Below, piece after piece: positions 40,403-53,584 of a stretch of 64,000 nucleotides of DNA. The stretch covers positions 1 through 64,000 of the forward strand of contig NW_021833462.1 in assembly GCF_006345805.1 (NCBI RefSeq), in the 5' to 3' direction. The notes beneath the pieces were generated by a model. The model was not told the origin of the DNA. It ran no database searches and worked only from the letters and a program-made list of their open reading frames with translations. Position 1 is the stretch's first letter. Every line of letters begins with the position of its first letter. The DNA comes from Octopus sinensis. Taxonomy: Eukaryota. A program made the translations under genes and the position numbers.

Positions 40403-41050
40403 TACAAGGTACGTTCAAATATATCAGACTTTATTTTTTACCATAAAATTTAATGCCACGCGGATAGAGACGTTTCAGTAGGAGGTGGTACCATCCATTC
40501 TGCACAGCATGGAAATTTTCGTGCTGGTACGCCGCCTCAGTTCACGGCTGTTACGCCCAGGTACAGACGTGCACTGTGGAGGCGCAATGGCCCAGTGGTT
40601 ATGGCAGCGGACTCGCGGTCGTAGGATCGCGGTTTCGATTCCCAGACCGGGCGTTGTGAGTGTTTATTGAGCGAAAATACCTAAAAGCTCCACGAGGCTC
40701 CGGCAGGGGATGGTGGTGATCCCTGCTGTATTCTTTCACCACAACTTTCTCTCACTCTTACTTCCGGTTTCTGTTGTACCTGTATTTCAAAGGGCCGACC
40801 TTGTCACTCTCTGTGTCATGTGTCTGTGGAGTGCTCAGCCACTTACACGTTAATTTCACGAGCAGGCTGTTCCGTTGATTCGGATCAACCGGAATTCTCG
40901 TCGTCGTAACCGACGGACTGCTTCCACAGACGTGCACCTTCCTCCGAATTTCGTTTTCACGCAAATGTGACCGACTGACTGCATCGAACAGATATTGCAT
41001 CAAGTTTTGCCAAACGCTTGGTGATACTTCAGTTCAAACCATTCAAAGAG
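40403..41050 (+). mobile_element. Mariner 5' remnant interrupted by SINE A
   Basis: 40985-41050 reads (EQ)..YCIKFCQTLGDTSVQTIQ, resembling the mariner N-terminal QRxxIKFCxxLGxsxxET; begins TACAAGG. Confidence 0.55.
40575..40925 (+). mobile_element. SINE family A with internal deletion
   Basis: 12-bp TSD ACAGACGTGCAC (40563-40574 and 40926-40937). Confidence 0.93.
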
Positions 41051-41471
41051 GAAATGAAATCGTATAAAAAAAAAAAACTGACGTGTAGTTGGTTTCCAGT
41101 TGTCTCAACTTCTGTTAAGCCATTAATATTATTAAAGTTGCTTCCGTATTGTACAGCGTTTTACCGATTTAAAACAAGAATTTCTTGGATGCTTGATTAT
41201 AAGAAATGTCTTTATTTAGTCGTGAGATGATTTCTACCATATGGGCTTTTCTATGGAATTAACCACTGGCGGTCCCTAAGCATTTCCCATGAGACAAATA
41301 TCGTTGTTGTTTGTAGGATTTTATACAATTCTTTATATTTATGCAAAAACAAACGAAGTACTGAAGAAAAATCTTAGGACAAATTAAAACATTTATAATA
41401 ATCAAGTCTACCTTAAAACGAAATAGAAATTAGGCAATCGGAAAACTAGGCGGCCCAGATATGCGAAATAA

Positions 41472-41879
41472 CTTTTTACTCTTTTACTTGTTTCAGTCAT
41501 TTGACTGCGGCCATGCTGGAGCACCGCCTTTAATCGAGCAACTCGACCCCGGGACTTATTCTTTGTGAGCCCAGTACTTATTCTATCGGTCTCTTTCTAT
41601 CGCTAAGTGATGGGGACATAAACACAGCAGCATCGATTGTCAAGCAATGCTAGGGGGACAAACACAGATACACAAACACACACGCATACATATATATATA
41701 TATATACATATATACGACGGGCTTCTTTCAGTTTCCGTCTACCAAATCCCCTCACAAGGCTTTGGTCCGCCCGAGGCTATAGTAGAAGACACTTGCCGAA
41801 GATGCCACGCAGTGGGACTGAACCCGGAACCATGTGGTTGGTTAGCAAGCGACTTACCACACAGCCACTCCTGCGCCTA
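41472..41879 (-). mobile_element. SINE family B
   Basis: Full-length reverse-strand copy. Confidence 0.92.
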
Positions 41880-42680
41880 TATTTACAATTTTATAAGATT
41901 AATTGGTAAACAATTACTTGCGAGGGACAACATTTTATTTATATCAAACATACTCATTAATTGCCAGAAACGATTTTGTATAATATCTAATTTAATCAGA
42001 AAATACTTCTGCAGTATAAGAAATATATAATCGTGACAAGTTATCATTCCCGGTGTCTATACGTAAATGTGTATAGTGTGAAAAAGTTTCAAAGCAGAAT
42101 AAATTAGCATAATCTTTCGTCAAGGTAAGCTAATTATGTATATTTTATTATAACTATTGGCAACAATATCTCTTTCAATGTATAAACGTCAATGTTTCTA
42201 TTATGCTGCTGTGTTTATGTCCCCATCACTTGTCTATGTATGAAATGGTCTGGTTGTATGTGTATGTGTTTTCTATATACTCGTTTTTAATGAAAAGTAA
42301 TTAAGTTTTAAACTAATTAGTTTTTAGAATTAATCAGATTTCACAGCAAGGTTTTGAATTTCGACATTTTTGTTAAAAGAAATGTGAAATATTAATTGCA
42401 TTCCAACAAGTTAAAAGCATAAAAATGGTGAACCGTTGGAGATTATTAGACAAAAAAAAAAATGGTGATTTTTAGTTCATCCTGCTTGTGTTAATGTTAG
42501 TTGTTTGTTAAACGTTATTATTGAGGTCTCTTTTGTCTACGGAGTTGTTACTGCCGAAGGGTAAAGTGGTGCAACACAAGAACTAAAAAAAAATAGAAAA
42601 AGAAAAACACAAACGTAGAAATAATTTAGAAGAGTTTAATATTTTGCATGCATTAATTGATCTTGCTGTTATTGATTTCG

Positions 42681-42681
<1 letters not shown>

Positions 42682-42734
<53 letters not shown>

Positions 42735-42936
42735 ATTATTATTATTATTATTACTATTATTATTATTATTACTATTATTATTATTATTATTATTATTTAC
42801 TGTCGCTGTTGTTTCATCGGTCATGTTTTCTCTATAATAATAATAATGAGGATTATAATAATAATAATGATAATAATTATAATAATAATAATAATAATAG
42901 TACTAATAACAATAATAATAATAATAATAATAAACG

Positions 42937-43003
<67 letters not shown>

Positions 43004-43093
43004 GAATAAGAAGGAGGAGAAGGAGGAGGAGGAGATGGAGAAGAAGAAGAAGAAGAAGAAGAAGAAGAAGAAGAAGAAGAAGAAGAAGAAGAA
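42682..43093. repeat. (TTA)n, then (TAA)n, then (AAG)n microsatellite cluster
   Basis: Visible directly. Confidence 0.95.
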
Positions 43094-44039
43094 TATTGTC
43101 ATTGTTATTGTAATTGACTGCTAATTTGATAGACGTGATTTCATATTCCTCTTAGAGATTCAAGATTTTGCCAAATGAAATTTCATACCGAAGAATAGGT
43201 TTTAAATTTATTCTTAAGCACGGTGTCTCAGCAGTCTAGAATTTGCGTAAACAGAGTTTTAAAAAAATTTTAGCGTTTTCTTCTTAATCTTCTCGACACA
43301 TAATAATGACGAAAACGTTGATTGTTCATCTAAACATACAAAAAGTTATGGGCGAACAATCGACGTCGGACTGTATATTTTAATAGAAGCAAACCCAAGA
43401 TATTTTACGGCAAAACACGCTACGTCTGAAATTGCGTTTCGAAGAACAATAACATCAATGCGAACAATTCCAGAGAGTTCTTGGGTGAAAAAAAGCAACA
43501 TTCCCTCGCACACATATTTTACCAAAAGTAAATATTTCTTTAATTTGTAGGAAAACTGCTTTGCTTCAGAAAATACATCAAAGGATGAACGTTGCATGGG
43601 GATCGAGTGACCAGAGGAAGAGCAGTTTCGTAGCAGTGTGTAATAAGAACAAAGATGTTTTTGACTTTAAAATATTGCTCAAGACCACAAAGTAGGAAAG
43701 TTATTAATTTTTGTATTTCTAAAGTTACAGATGCTATTTATGATCGTTCACTAGAAGGCTCACATGAAACATTTCTAGTTCTCCCAGACCCAGTGAGTAA
43801 CACACACACATAGAGCCACACACACACACACACACACATACACTCGCACTCATACACCAGCAATTCGCAATTTGAACCAGAGTATGTGCAGGTGAAAAGT
43901 AAGACTGTCAGCGTGTTCTATGAAATGAAATATACTTCGTTGTTAAATGAGAATGCAATAAGTTACAAAATGACCGGAACTAAATGAAAAAAAATTAGGT
44001 TTTAGTGAAATATGAGAGTTCTTTTCAGGAGAGGCAGTT

Positions 44040-45150
44040 ATACAAGTTCTAGATAATTGTACTTTCAGTATATCATAGCTACACATCTAATAACCTAAAC
44101 TGCCAACATTTATTCTTCCCGCTTGAAGAAGGCAGCTGTAACAGCAGTTTGAACACCCCCTACTGAACACCGCTTGTTACAGATGATTGGTTTGCAATGA
44201 AGGCAGTTTGGATGCTCGCTTTGCAATAATTTTTTTATTTAAACAGGAGGAAAAAAACCCTACAGAAACGTATAAATGTACCAGACAGCTTACGGTTTGA
44301 CTTTTACGTGCTGAACATAAGTTTTTCGCTGGCACACGACGACTGTAGAGGGTATTGAGAAACGATGAGAGGTGTGAATGGACGAAAGACTTCAGAACAT
44401 CACAGCTGGTTGAGAAAATCCGCAGTTTTCTTGATGAAGACCGTCGTGTGTTAATAAAAACAATAAACATAAAGGTTTGAGATAATGAGGCAACTGCATA
44501 CAGAATTATTCATTAAAATCTGAAGATGCGTTTAAATTCATGCATAGTTTGCTTCCACAGTGCTCAGTGACAACAAAAATGAAAGATACTTTGGGGATCT
44601 GCGAAGAAAGCTGGATCTTATGTTAGGATCCAGGAAGCAGATGGCATAATGGAAGCATCCTGACCCAAGAATGCCAAGTAAAACAAGTCCACTGGGAAGC
44701 TAATGATGGTTCCCTTTCTCTAGACAGACGGTAAAACAGAGTACTTTGTGAAGATTTTGAGAGTGTTCAAGAAGAAATATCATTGCAAAAGACCAGAGAT
44801 CCTGTATAAGGGTAGCGCACCAGGCCACAATTCCATCTTCGTAACTAACAGAGATGGCTATCGAAATTGTCCTTCATCTTCACTACAATCCAGACTTTGC
44901 TCCTGCGAGTTTTGGTTGTTTACTAAGTTAAATGAGAACATCCGTGGGTAAGTCGTTTGAGACACTGAGACATGAAGGGTCCGGGTCACCTTCACATTGA
45001 AAGACCCCCATGGGCCTTCACGAAGTGGCTGGAGTGCAACAGCAAGTGCACTGAACGTAGAGCATTGATCATAATTTGAAGTAGATTAGAGGGTTTACTT
45101 ATTTGAAATAAATAAATGTATCTTGAAAAACTTCTGGAATACCCCTTGTA
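44040..45150 (+). mobile_element. Decayed mariner transposon (transposase pseudogene)
   Basis: Broken frames give FLFKQ..KNPTET, NDERC..RTSQLVEKIRSFLDEDRRV, SAPGHNS, HYNPDFAP and FWLFTKLNENIRG; TIR-like end GGAATACCCCTTG-TA. 5' boundary approximate. Confidence 0.75.
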
Positions 45151-46058
45151 AAATATATTCAAATTCATGGTGTTGATATATAAATTTATAAAATTATGCA
45201 TTCAAAATGTGATTAGTAACTAAATAATAGTTTGTGGTTATTTTGTAGTTATTTTTACATTTTTTGCCAGTTATTTTTACATTTGTTCAAAAGTGTAAAT
45301 ACCTTGAAAATACCATGAATATTCCGTCGTCTTTTCTGATGATAAAGTGATCAATTATCGGTTGTGTTGTGTCATCCATTTCAAAATAAAACTCATAGAT
45401 AAAATAATGTATGAATATTAAACTATTTTAAATACTGTCATATTTGGACACAAGGAACTATAATTTCGGCCTTAAGTTCTCCTGTTTCGAGATATTTTCT
45501 GTACCGGTTGCCTAACATTTCTTCGTCCCACAATTATAAAGTTGTATCTATTTTCGTGCCTTCCCTTTTTTTTAGTATAAGCTATTGATTCAGCTGGACT
45601 GTTTACCAGGACCGTTGTTAAGTAAATGCTTGCAAGAGCGAGTAGACTAGAAATGACTGACTTGTTCGAGAAAAAAGTGAACAATGAATAAACAAATTGC
45701 TTTCAACCAATACGTTCGGTAAATCTTGATGGACAGTAATTTGTAAGACGAGGCCATCAGTTGCAATAAATAAGTAGCCGAGAGCGTAAAAGATTACTAT
45801 CGGCTGCCATTTTGTCTTGCAGAGACGTCAAGTAAAAAGTGTAATAAAGAGAGAAGCAGAGAGAGAGAGAGAGAGAGAGAGAAGACGTGTCTAAATATAT
45901 AGGAAACGTCTTAGCCGTTTTTTTTATGCTTTATTATCGTAAGTTAAAAGAAGTATGGCAGAACATTCACTCACTTGTTACTTTCACTTTCTCTCACATA
46001 CTTACACGCACGCACGTACACACACGAACACACACACACACAAATATGTATATGTATG

Positions 46059-46059
<1 letters not shown>

Positions 46060-46104
<45 letters not shown>

Positions 46105-46490
46105 CATGTCACTATATACTAAATATTTATATTATATATATATTTATATACGTATATATATATATGTTGTATGTATGTATATATATATATATGTATATAT
46201 ATATATACATATATATATACATGTAACTATATACTAAATAGTTATATTATATATTTATTATATATGTATATATATGTATATATATATATGTATATATGTA
46301 TATATATATGGATATATATATATATGTATGTATATTATACATATATATATATACATGTAACTATATACTAAATATTTAATTATATATTTATTTATATATG
46401 TATATATATATGTATATATATATATGTATATATGTATTTATATATATATGTATATAATTATTTATATATGTGTAATATATATATATAGTC
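46060..46490. repeat. TA-rich higher-order repeat (TACATGT(C/A)ACTATATACTAAATA x3)
   Basis: Marker recurs near 46102, 46217 and 46352. Confidence 0.8.
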
Positions 46491-47014
46491 CTAAATGTAC
46501 AGTTTGTGTACATATGCATTTGTCTACGTATATGTTTTAGTGTGAGTGAGTCACCGTCTGTCATTGTTTATAATCTATTCTAAGTGCTGACAGTTACTGT
46601 GACAAGTCTTTGATTATGAACAGAATATAATTGCACCTGAAAAAATATGACCATATTTTTCAGTCTCTTGAGAAGTCATTAGTGATAGATTCTTATTTTA
46701 TTTCTTCTATTTATTTTTACCGCAGTTTCTCTCACTTTCACCTCCATAATCTTTATTCTTTATCATGCTTTTTACCCTCGTCTTTTCTTTCTTTATCAAA
46801 CTGGGAGATGCTATTATTTACCATTCAGTTCTATCATGCACAAATCGTGTCTATACAAAAATATTAAATGAATTTGTTTAGATCTAGATAACACAAACTA
46901 CTCACCAAGAAATGTTAAAGATTGCAGCCAAATTTTTGAATTATCATTGGTTTCGCTCTGCTACTAAAAAAAGGATAAATTGTACTAGAGGCATCTACTG
47001 CTTCTGTTGCTGCC

Positions 47015-47015
<1 letters not shown>

Positions 47016-47048
<33 letters not shown>

Positions 47049-47158
47049 ATGGTGGTGGTGGTGGTGGTAGTGGTAGTAGTAGTAGTAGTGGTGGTGGTGG
47101 TGGTGGTGGTGGTTGTAGTAGTAGTAGTGGTGGTGGTGGTGGTGTTAGTAGTAGCAGC

Positions 47159-47203
<45 letters not shown>
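47016..47203. repeat. (GTA)n/(GTG)n microsatellite
   Basis: Visible directly. Confidence 0.97.
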
Positions 47204-48380
47204 TTCTGATTGGCATTAGAACATGCCACAGGAGGTTTCTTCAGAATCTGGAACATTCTATTTGGCCAACTCTAAAGTTTTATTTGCTGTCGAAATACGA
47301 CTTGGTCTAATCAAGTATATCTGATATTATTGAAAGGCACGTAACATCCTAGAATTTAATTTCTTGAGGGATTGTAACAGAGACTATTCTCATATATTAT
47401 TGTGTTGAGAGATTAGAGGAATTGATGTTTGAAAGTGTTCGCAGTCAGAACCTTCTGGAAGTTAAATGGTTGCTTGGTGTACGTCTTTTTTTCACAGACA
47501 GGTGTATAAAGTTAAAGCTTGGCTGCTTGAACCGTAAATAGATCTCCCGACCTCAGTTCACTACCGAAAATACCTGAAATCTTAAATGTGTTGTGGTGGT
47601 AGATATTAACACCCCTGTGTGATTAAAAGGTGGACCCGTCGAACTCTTGTAAAGAGTAACATGTGAGAGAAGAGAAAAAAGCGTTGTAGTGTCGCGTAAT
47701 CGGACGTTACGTCTGTGAATACATTTCTTTACCCCACCTCATTAAGATCATATATCCGCAACAAAGGATATGAAAGAATATTAGTTCATAACGTTGTCCA
47801 AAAATCACTTTAATTTGCTAAATTGCTTTTTGTTTTTTACTTCATGATACAAATAAGGCTGTAGACACTATCTGCAACTGGTCGTTGTGCCAAGAGACTT
47901 CAGTGATTTAAATATGGTGTCTCATTATAAAGCTATGTTAAACGTACTTTATTGAAACATGACCATGTAGATTTTGTTACCGTTTATCCATACAAATATA
48001 CAATCACTCTCTTGTATTATTAAATAGTATTATTTTACAAGCAAAATAGTAAATAGTACTTGTAAATAGTATTATTTTACAAGCAGACTAAAACAATTTA
48101 AACCGACAGGACAGTCTACTCAGTAACCACTCCTCATTCACAAGGTGCAATGGCAACTTCAGAAATTGAATGCTCAGAATATAAAGAGAATTTTTACACA
48201 AACCTATTTAATTACAAATTCAGAACCATCAAATAATCCGGTGATCAACAAATGTTAACTTGCCTGATTGGCGAAACCCTGCCCAAATAACAATAGCCTT
48301 CATACTGTAACATATGTTATCCTTCACTCACGCTAGAACACTGGCAGTTTCTGGGCAAGTGATAGTAACACAATCCTCAC

Positions 48381-48435
<55 letters not shown>

Positions 48436-48988
48436 GAGTGAGAGAGCAGTGCATGCCATCAAAGTGACACTGGGGTAAAATATACGAAGCCCAATATACC
48501 CATCATGACTACCCGTCTGATAAGGGTACACCAGGCACATGCATCACAATCATATGTGCGCGACATGGTGATCTCATATCAAGATAAACAGCACATGACC
48601 TTGCAAGTGGGACCCAGTTAGAATTTTCTTCAGGTTGAGTAGCCCATCCCGCTCAAAAGGTCCCTGAATAAGGGTTGTTTAAGGATGTTGAAAGAACCAC
48701 CCATGTTTCCAGAGGTGAATTATTCAAACCCCAAAGAATCCCTCTTAACACATGGCTATGATGCTCCCCCACTAATTCTACTTGTGATCAGAGATGCACA
48801 TATCGTCAGCCACTAAGGGACATGGTGAACTGGTTAAGGTCAAACAACTGACAAGCAAATCTGTGGTATTGAGCAGAATATTTGCTGTAGCCCATCTTTT
48901 ATACCAAGACAAAACAATGTACATGATGACACTTCCAATCCGTTAAGATCAGAAGCCATGAGAGCCACTGCCTGGTACTGCATCAGGG

Positions 48989-48990
<2 letters not shown>
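48436..48990. mobile_element. ~555-bp non-coding insert between (TTA)n tracts
   Basis: Complex, higher-GC sequence sharply bounded by (TTA)n on both sides; element status is inferred. Confidence 0.5.
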
Positions 48991-49021
<31 letters not shown>

Positions 49022-49048
49022 CATCATCATCATCGTTATTATTATTTA

Positions 49049-49100
<52 letters not shown>

Positions 49101-49102
<2 letters not shown>

Positions 49103-49272
49103 GTTTAATTTTTGCTTTTTATTTGTACAAGTTGGATCCAAGTCTCACCCAGAGATACTCTGCCTGTTGAGATACTCTGTAGGTGCAAGACTGCACATGG
49201 AGACAACATGATCAATGGTTTCGTCTTGTTGTTGACATATACGACATGTTGGGTAGCTGCCGTTCTTGAAAA
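49101..49272 (-). mobile_element. R4/Dong-clade LINE 3' fragment (CCHC knuckle joined to 3' UTR, (TAA)n tail)
   Basis: Minus strand translates FKNGSYPTCRICQQQDETIDHVVSMCSLAPTEYLNR, then a short UTR and (TAA)n. Confidence 0.75.
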
Positions 49273-49469
49273 GTGGTGAATGCAAATATCTTTGCAATAT
49301 CGTATTTAATATATAAATGATGTCAAATTCTTGTGGTGTAGAACAATAATATATATTATTATATTTTTGACATTGTAACTTTCCTGAATCCTATAATTAT
49401 GGATTCTAATATATCCGGACATTGAACATGTAAAGTCATACACTGACTTATAGTTTATCCAAACAAACG

Positions 49470-49640
49470 CCGTGGCAGAATCGTTAGCGAGCCGGAGAAA
49501 ATTATGAGTGGCATTTCGTTCCTCTTTACGTACTGGGTTCAAATTCTACTGAGATCGACTTTGCTTTCCATTCTTTCGGATGATTTTTGTACCAGTCTGA
49601 TATTGAGGGACGTTGTAATCGACAGAGCCACATCCCCACA
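49470..49640 (+). mobile_element. SINE C, degenerate
   Basis: TGGCAGAATCGTTAGC...GGGTTCAAATTC...TCGACTTTGCTTTCCATTCTTTCGG. Confidence 0.7.
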
Positions 49641-51047
49641 ATCTTTTGTAGAAAAAGAAATCACTTTTCGGCTTTATGGTCGAGATCAACGTATAGTATG
49701 TAAGTTCTTCTGTGTCTGCCCGAAATAATCTTATATTCTCTCGTTTATCCTCCTCTAAAAGTCATGAAAGCCTCCCTTACAAACCCGATGCCCTTCAGGT
49801 AGGAAATAATATCTTTTGGGGTGTTGCTGTGTCTTCTTAATGTTAATGGTAAGATTTTCTAGAAGTTATAAAGACTTATGTTTGGTCTATTCTTTTGGAG
49901 AGTCATCTTATTTTACGTCTTATCATAATGTTTATCATTTGTTCAGCCACTTTGATATCTGGGATAGGCATCTTATAATTAGAGTAATTCTCTATATTGC
50001 TAAGTAAAGATGAAGGTGTTCCACCTAGAAATAATTCATCTTTACTTCTTAAGGCGATTTCCCATAACTGTTTCCCCAAATGGTTTTCTCCTATAATATC
50101 TTCCAATCCTTCATCTGCCACATAAAACTCTTTTTGTCTTCTAATTACCCAACAAATCCCTTCTCTTGAAACCTTTTTGCGTATTTGTTTCATTTGTTTG
50201 TGTGAAATTTTCCCTTCGCCACTTTTTTCTGTCCACCTCTAGACATATCTTTTGTTATGTTGTCGCCCTACTCGTCCCAGGTATTACTTTTTCTACACGT
50301 TTCTTTCTTTCTTTTTTTTGACCAAATTCTGCTGGCTATATCTAGAGTAGAATAATTTCTTCCCAAACAAGATAACTTTCTCTTCTATAACGTGCCTCAT
50401 TTGAAATCTGGTCCACCCAGATATTTCCTTTGGTTTCTTCACCAACGTTTGACCTGTCTTCAGATCTCTGATTTACGATCTCAAAGTAGAACTAGTACTT
50501 CAAAAGTTTCCCTTATATCTGACCCCTATCCACTTTACATTGACCAGCACTGAAAAATCTGAAATGCCCATTATAACCACCCTGTTGCATTCACATAATG
50601 AATTTATAGAAGTCCTGCTCATATTTAGAAAGCTTTGAATTGGTTTAATTAATGGCAGTCGTATTAGAAATAAGTATATTTATTACAATAACTATATCTA
50701 CGTAGCGAAACTGATTCGGTATTGCAAGACAGTAATGCCTTTTTCTGCTGATCTATCTAATGTAGGTTTTAAATGAAGTCGATATCTGTAAAAATGTTAC
50801 CATGCTAGTCAATTCCGAAATAAACTCAGCTTCATGAATTTCCATCAATAGAACAGGCTAATCAATATTAGATCCATTCAGAGAGCATTTACATTTTAAA
50901 ATAGAATATATATCTTATGTCACTGCGCTTTAGGAATCTTAGTATTTCTAAAATAGTTTTGCTTGAAGAAAAGAGCACACTCACCTAGGTCACTCCGTGG
51001 TTCTGTGATAAAGACATTTTGTTGAAAAGGGATCTAATTTATCGATA

Positions 51048-51378
51048 TTATGAGAGCTCAAAATCTCTAGTGGAAGCGCCATCCGACCAAAATGCAAATA
51101 TATGGGAAACTACCACCTGTGTCATCTCTTGTGAAAGGTAGGAGAGTTCAGTTTGCTGGACATTGTTGTAGAGCTGAAAATGAGGTAATTTCTACTCTTC
51201 TCCTCTGGAAGCCATCTACTCGCAATACCAGAGGGCGCACACTCTCCTACCCTGATGTAATCTCCAGGGATACAAGCATCCAGCAACAGGACCTCCGTAA
51301 TGCCATGATGGACCGTGAAGTCTGGCGTAGCATGGTAAATTCCATTGTCTCGACCACGGTCGAACAATGATGATGATT
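51048..51378 (+). mobile_element. RTE-clade LINE 3' end (5'-truncated)
   Basis: IYGKLPPVSSLVKGRRVQFAGHCCR...LLWKP...GRTLSY...AMMDREVWR, typical RTE C-terminus, followed by a short (TGA)n tail. Confidence 0.85.
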
Positions 51379-51440
51379 ATCGATATTGTTTTAAAGGTAA
51401 TTTTATTTAATTCGTCAAGAAGGACAGTGCTGGAAAATAT

Positions 51441-52195
51441 CAAAAAAGGCAATACGGTAGACAATTAGGGGCCGATATCCTCTTTGCCACTTAGGTGGAA
51501 GTTATTGACTGGAATATTCGCAGAGTCAATGTACGGACATCTGGAAAATATGGAGTCCTGCCACATGAACAGAATCGTTGCAAGCGTAAGTGCAGACGTG
51601 CCAAGGATCAATACCTGATAGAGAAAACAGTACTTAGGGATTGCAAGAGGAGGAAATCTAACTTAGCCATGTCATGGATCGATTATCGTAAGGCGTACGA
51701 TATGATCCCAAATTCTTGGATTATGGAATGTACGAACCTATTTCGTATTGCATCGAATGTTGGAAAAAGTATGGCGAAGTGGAGGACAGAACTGTCAGCA
51801 TATGTGAGGAGTTTAGGGTCAACAGAAATGAGGAAAGGCATCTTCCGAGGGGACTGCCTGTCTCCACTGATCTTCGTATTGTGTATGATATCACTAACAC
51901 TGATACTGAAGAAAGCAAAGGCAGGATATGTATTCAAGCGCCGCAAAAAAAGAAAAGAAAAAGGAACAGCCACATGTTATTCATGGATGACCTGAAACTT
52001 TATGGGGAAGATGAATCCCAAGTCAGTTCTCTCGTTCATACGTTGTTTACTTTCAGTTTTGATGTGAGAATGGAGTTCGGACTGAAAAAGTGTGATGTGT
52101 TCGTCCTGAAGAGAGGCGAACACAAATGTATGGACGGGCCAACGATACTGTAGGGGGTGGAGGTTATGAAGCAGATAAAAGAGACGGGCCATAAG
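51441..52195 (+). pseudogene. Reverse transcriptase fragment of an R4/Dong-type non-LTR retrotransposon
   Basis: LPHEQ...[46 protein letters not shown] and MEFGLKKC, with frameshifts and stops. Confidence 0.88.
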
Positions 52196-52354
52196 CTCTT
52201 GAACCATTGTTGGCTTTCACTTAGGCTTACTTACTGCCTGTCAAGCCTTGCAAGGTATTGGTCATGGAGGGATTGTCCTTACTGTATGTTTTGTAGTTAT
52301 GCTTTCATGCGGATTTTTGTCTGACGATTTCTGCTGTGTTATCATGAGATCAAT

Positions 52355-52750
52355 GTTTCTCTCTTCTTTCTCTCTCTCTCTCTCTATTTCTGTTACCCTC
52401 GCTATCAATATGTTTCTCTCTCTCACTCTTGCTCTGCTTGTTCTCTCTCTCCCTTTTCTTGTTCTCTCTCTCCTCTCTCCCCTTCTCTTTCTTGTTTTCC
52501 CTCTTCTTCTCTCTCTTACTCTCTCTCCTTCTCTTTCTTGTCTTCCCTCTCCTTCTCTCTCTTACTCCCTCCCCTCTTTCTCTCCTTCTCTGTTTTGTTC
52601 TCCCCCTCCTTCTCTCTATTGCTCTCTCTCCTTCTCTCTCTTGTTCTCCCTCTCTTTCTCTCTCTTGTTCTCCCTCTCTTTCTCTCTCTTGTTCTCTCTC
52701 TTTCCTTTTCTCTCTCGTTCTTTCTCTCCTTATCTCTCTCTCTCTCTGTT
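52355..52750. repeat. Polypyrimidine (CT-rich) low-complexity tract
   Basis: Visible directly; inverted homology to 53585-54280. Confidence 0.9.
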
Positions 52751-53584
52751 TTTCTATAATAAAAAATGGACGACTACTAAATCTAGCTGTTGTCCACTTT
52801 TTATTTCTAATTACTTTTCTATTCCAGCTGTTGTTATTTTATAATCGTTCTCTATCTGTGTGAGACCGCGACCTCCTTCTCAGCGGAGTAGATATATTCC
52901 TTGTGTATTTGTTTTGGTGGGAAGAATGATTTCGTTTTGTTATTTCTTACCTTTTCTGTCTCTAAATTTCTGAATTCAGTAATCTTCAGGTTGTTACGTT
53001 GAAGATGTAATTTATGACAGATACAGCTAGAGCGTTTATTCCTCTTATCATACTTTTAGCTATGAGTTCATTTATTACTGTTGTTGTTATCATTGTAGTT
53101 CTTCTTGTTTTGCTGTAACATCAAGGCAAATTGGCATCATATAACAGAAGGGCAAATATCATTTATTCAATCTTCTGCATTTATAATATCATCCGCTATT
53201 TTAATATATATCTTCAATCCATCAGATGGATGGTTATTAATCTATCAACGAGAGATCGTCAGATCAAGAATTTCACTTCCTTTCTAGAGTTGAGCAAACA
53301 TCTTCCAATTTTGTAAAAAGACGTTTAATTAGAAAGACTGAGAACCATCTTTCGTTTATGGTTATCCAATTGAATCACTGTAATATATTGTTGGTTCTAG
53401 AGTAAAGATATCGAGATCAATGAAGGGGGGGGATTTATAATTAAAGAAAAAAATAATTAATCAACGGACAAACATCTGTATTTGTTATGAGATATTGAAT
53501 GGTTTTGTATAAATAACGTAATTATTATTGTTGTAATACGAACGACTGGTATTAAAGTGGGTTTGCTATGACAACCAGCTAAAT

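Noticed and set aside
51092-52153. A single retrotransposon ORF
   Set aside because: Two different clades in the wrong order (RTE C-terminus with its own tail, then an R4/Dong RT); both are fragments.
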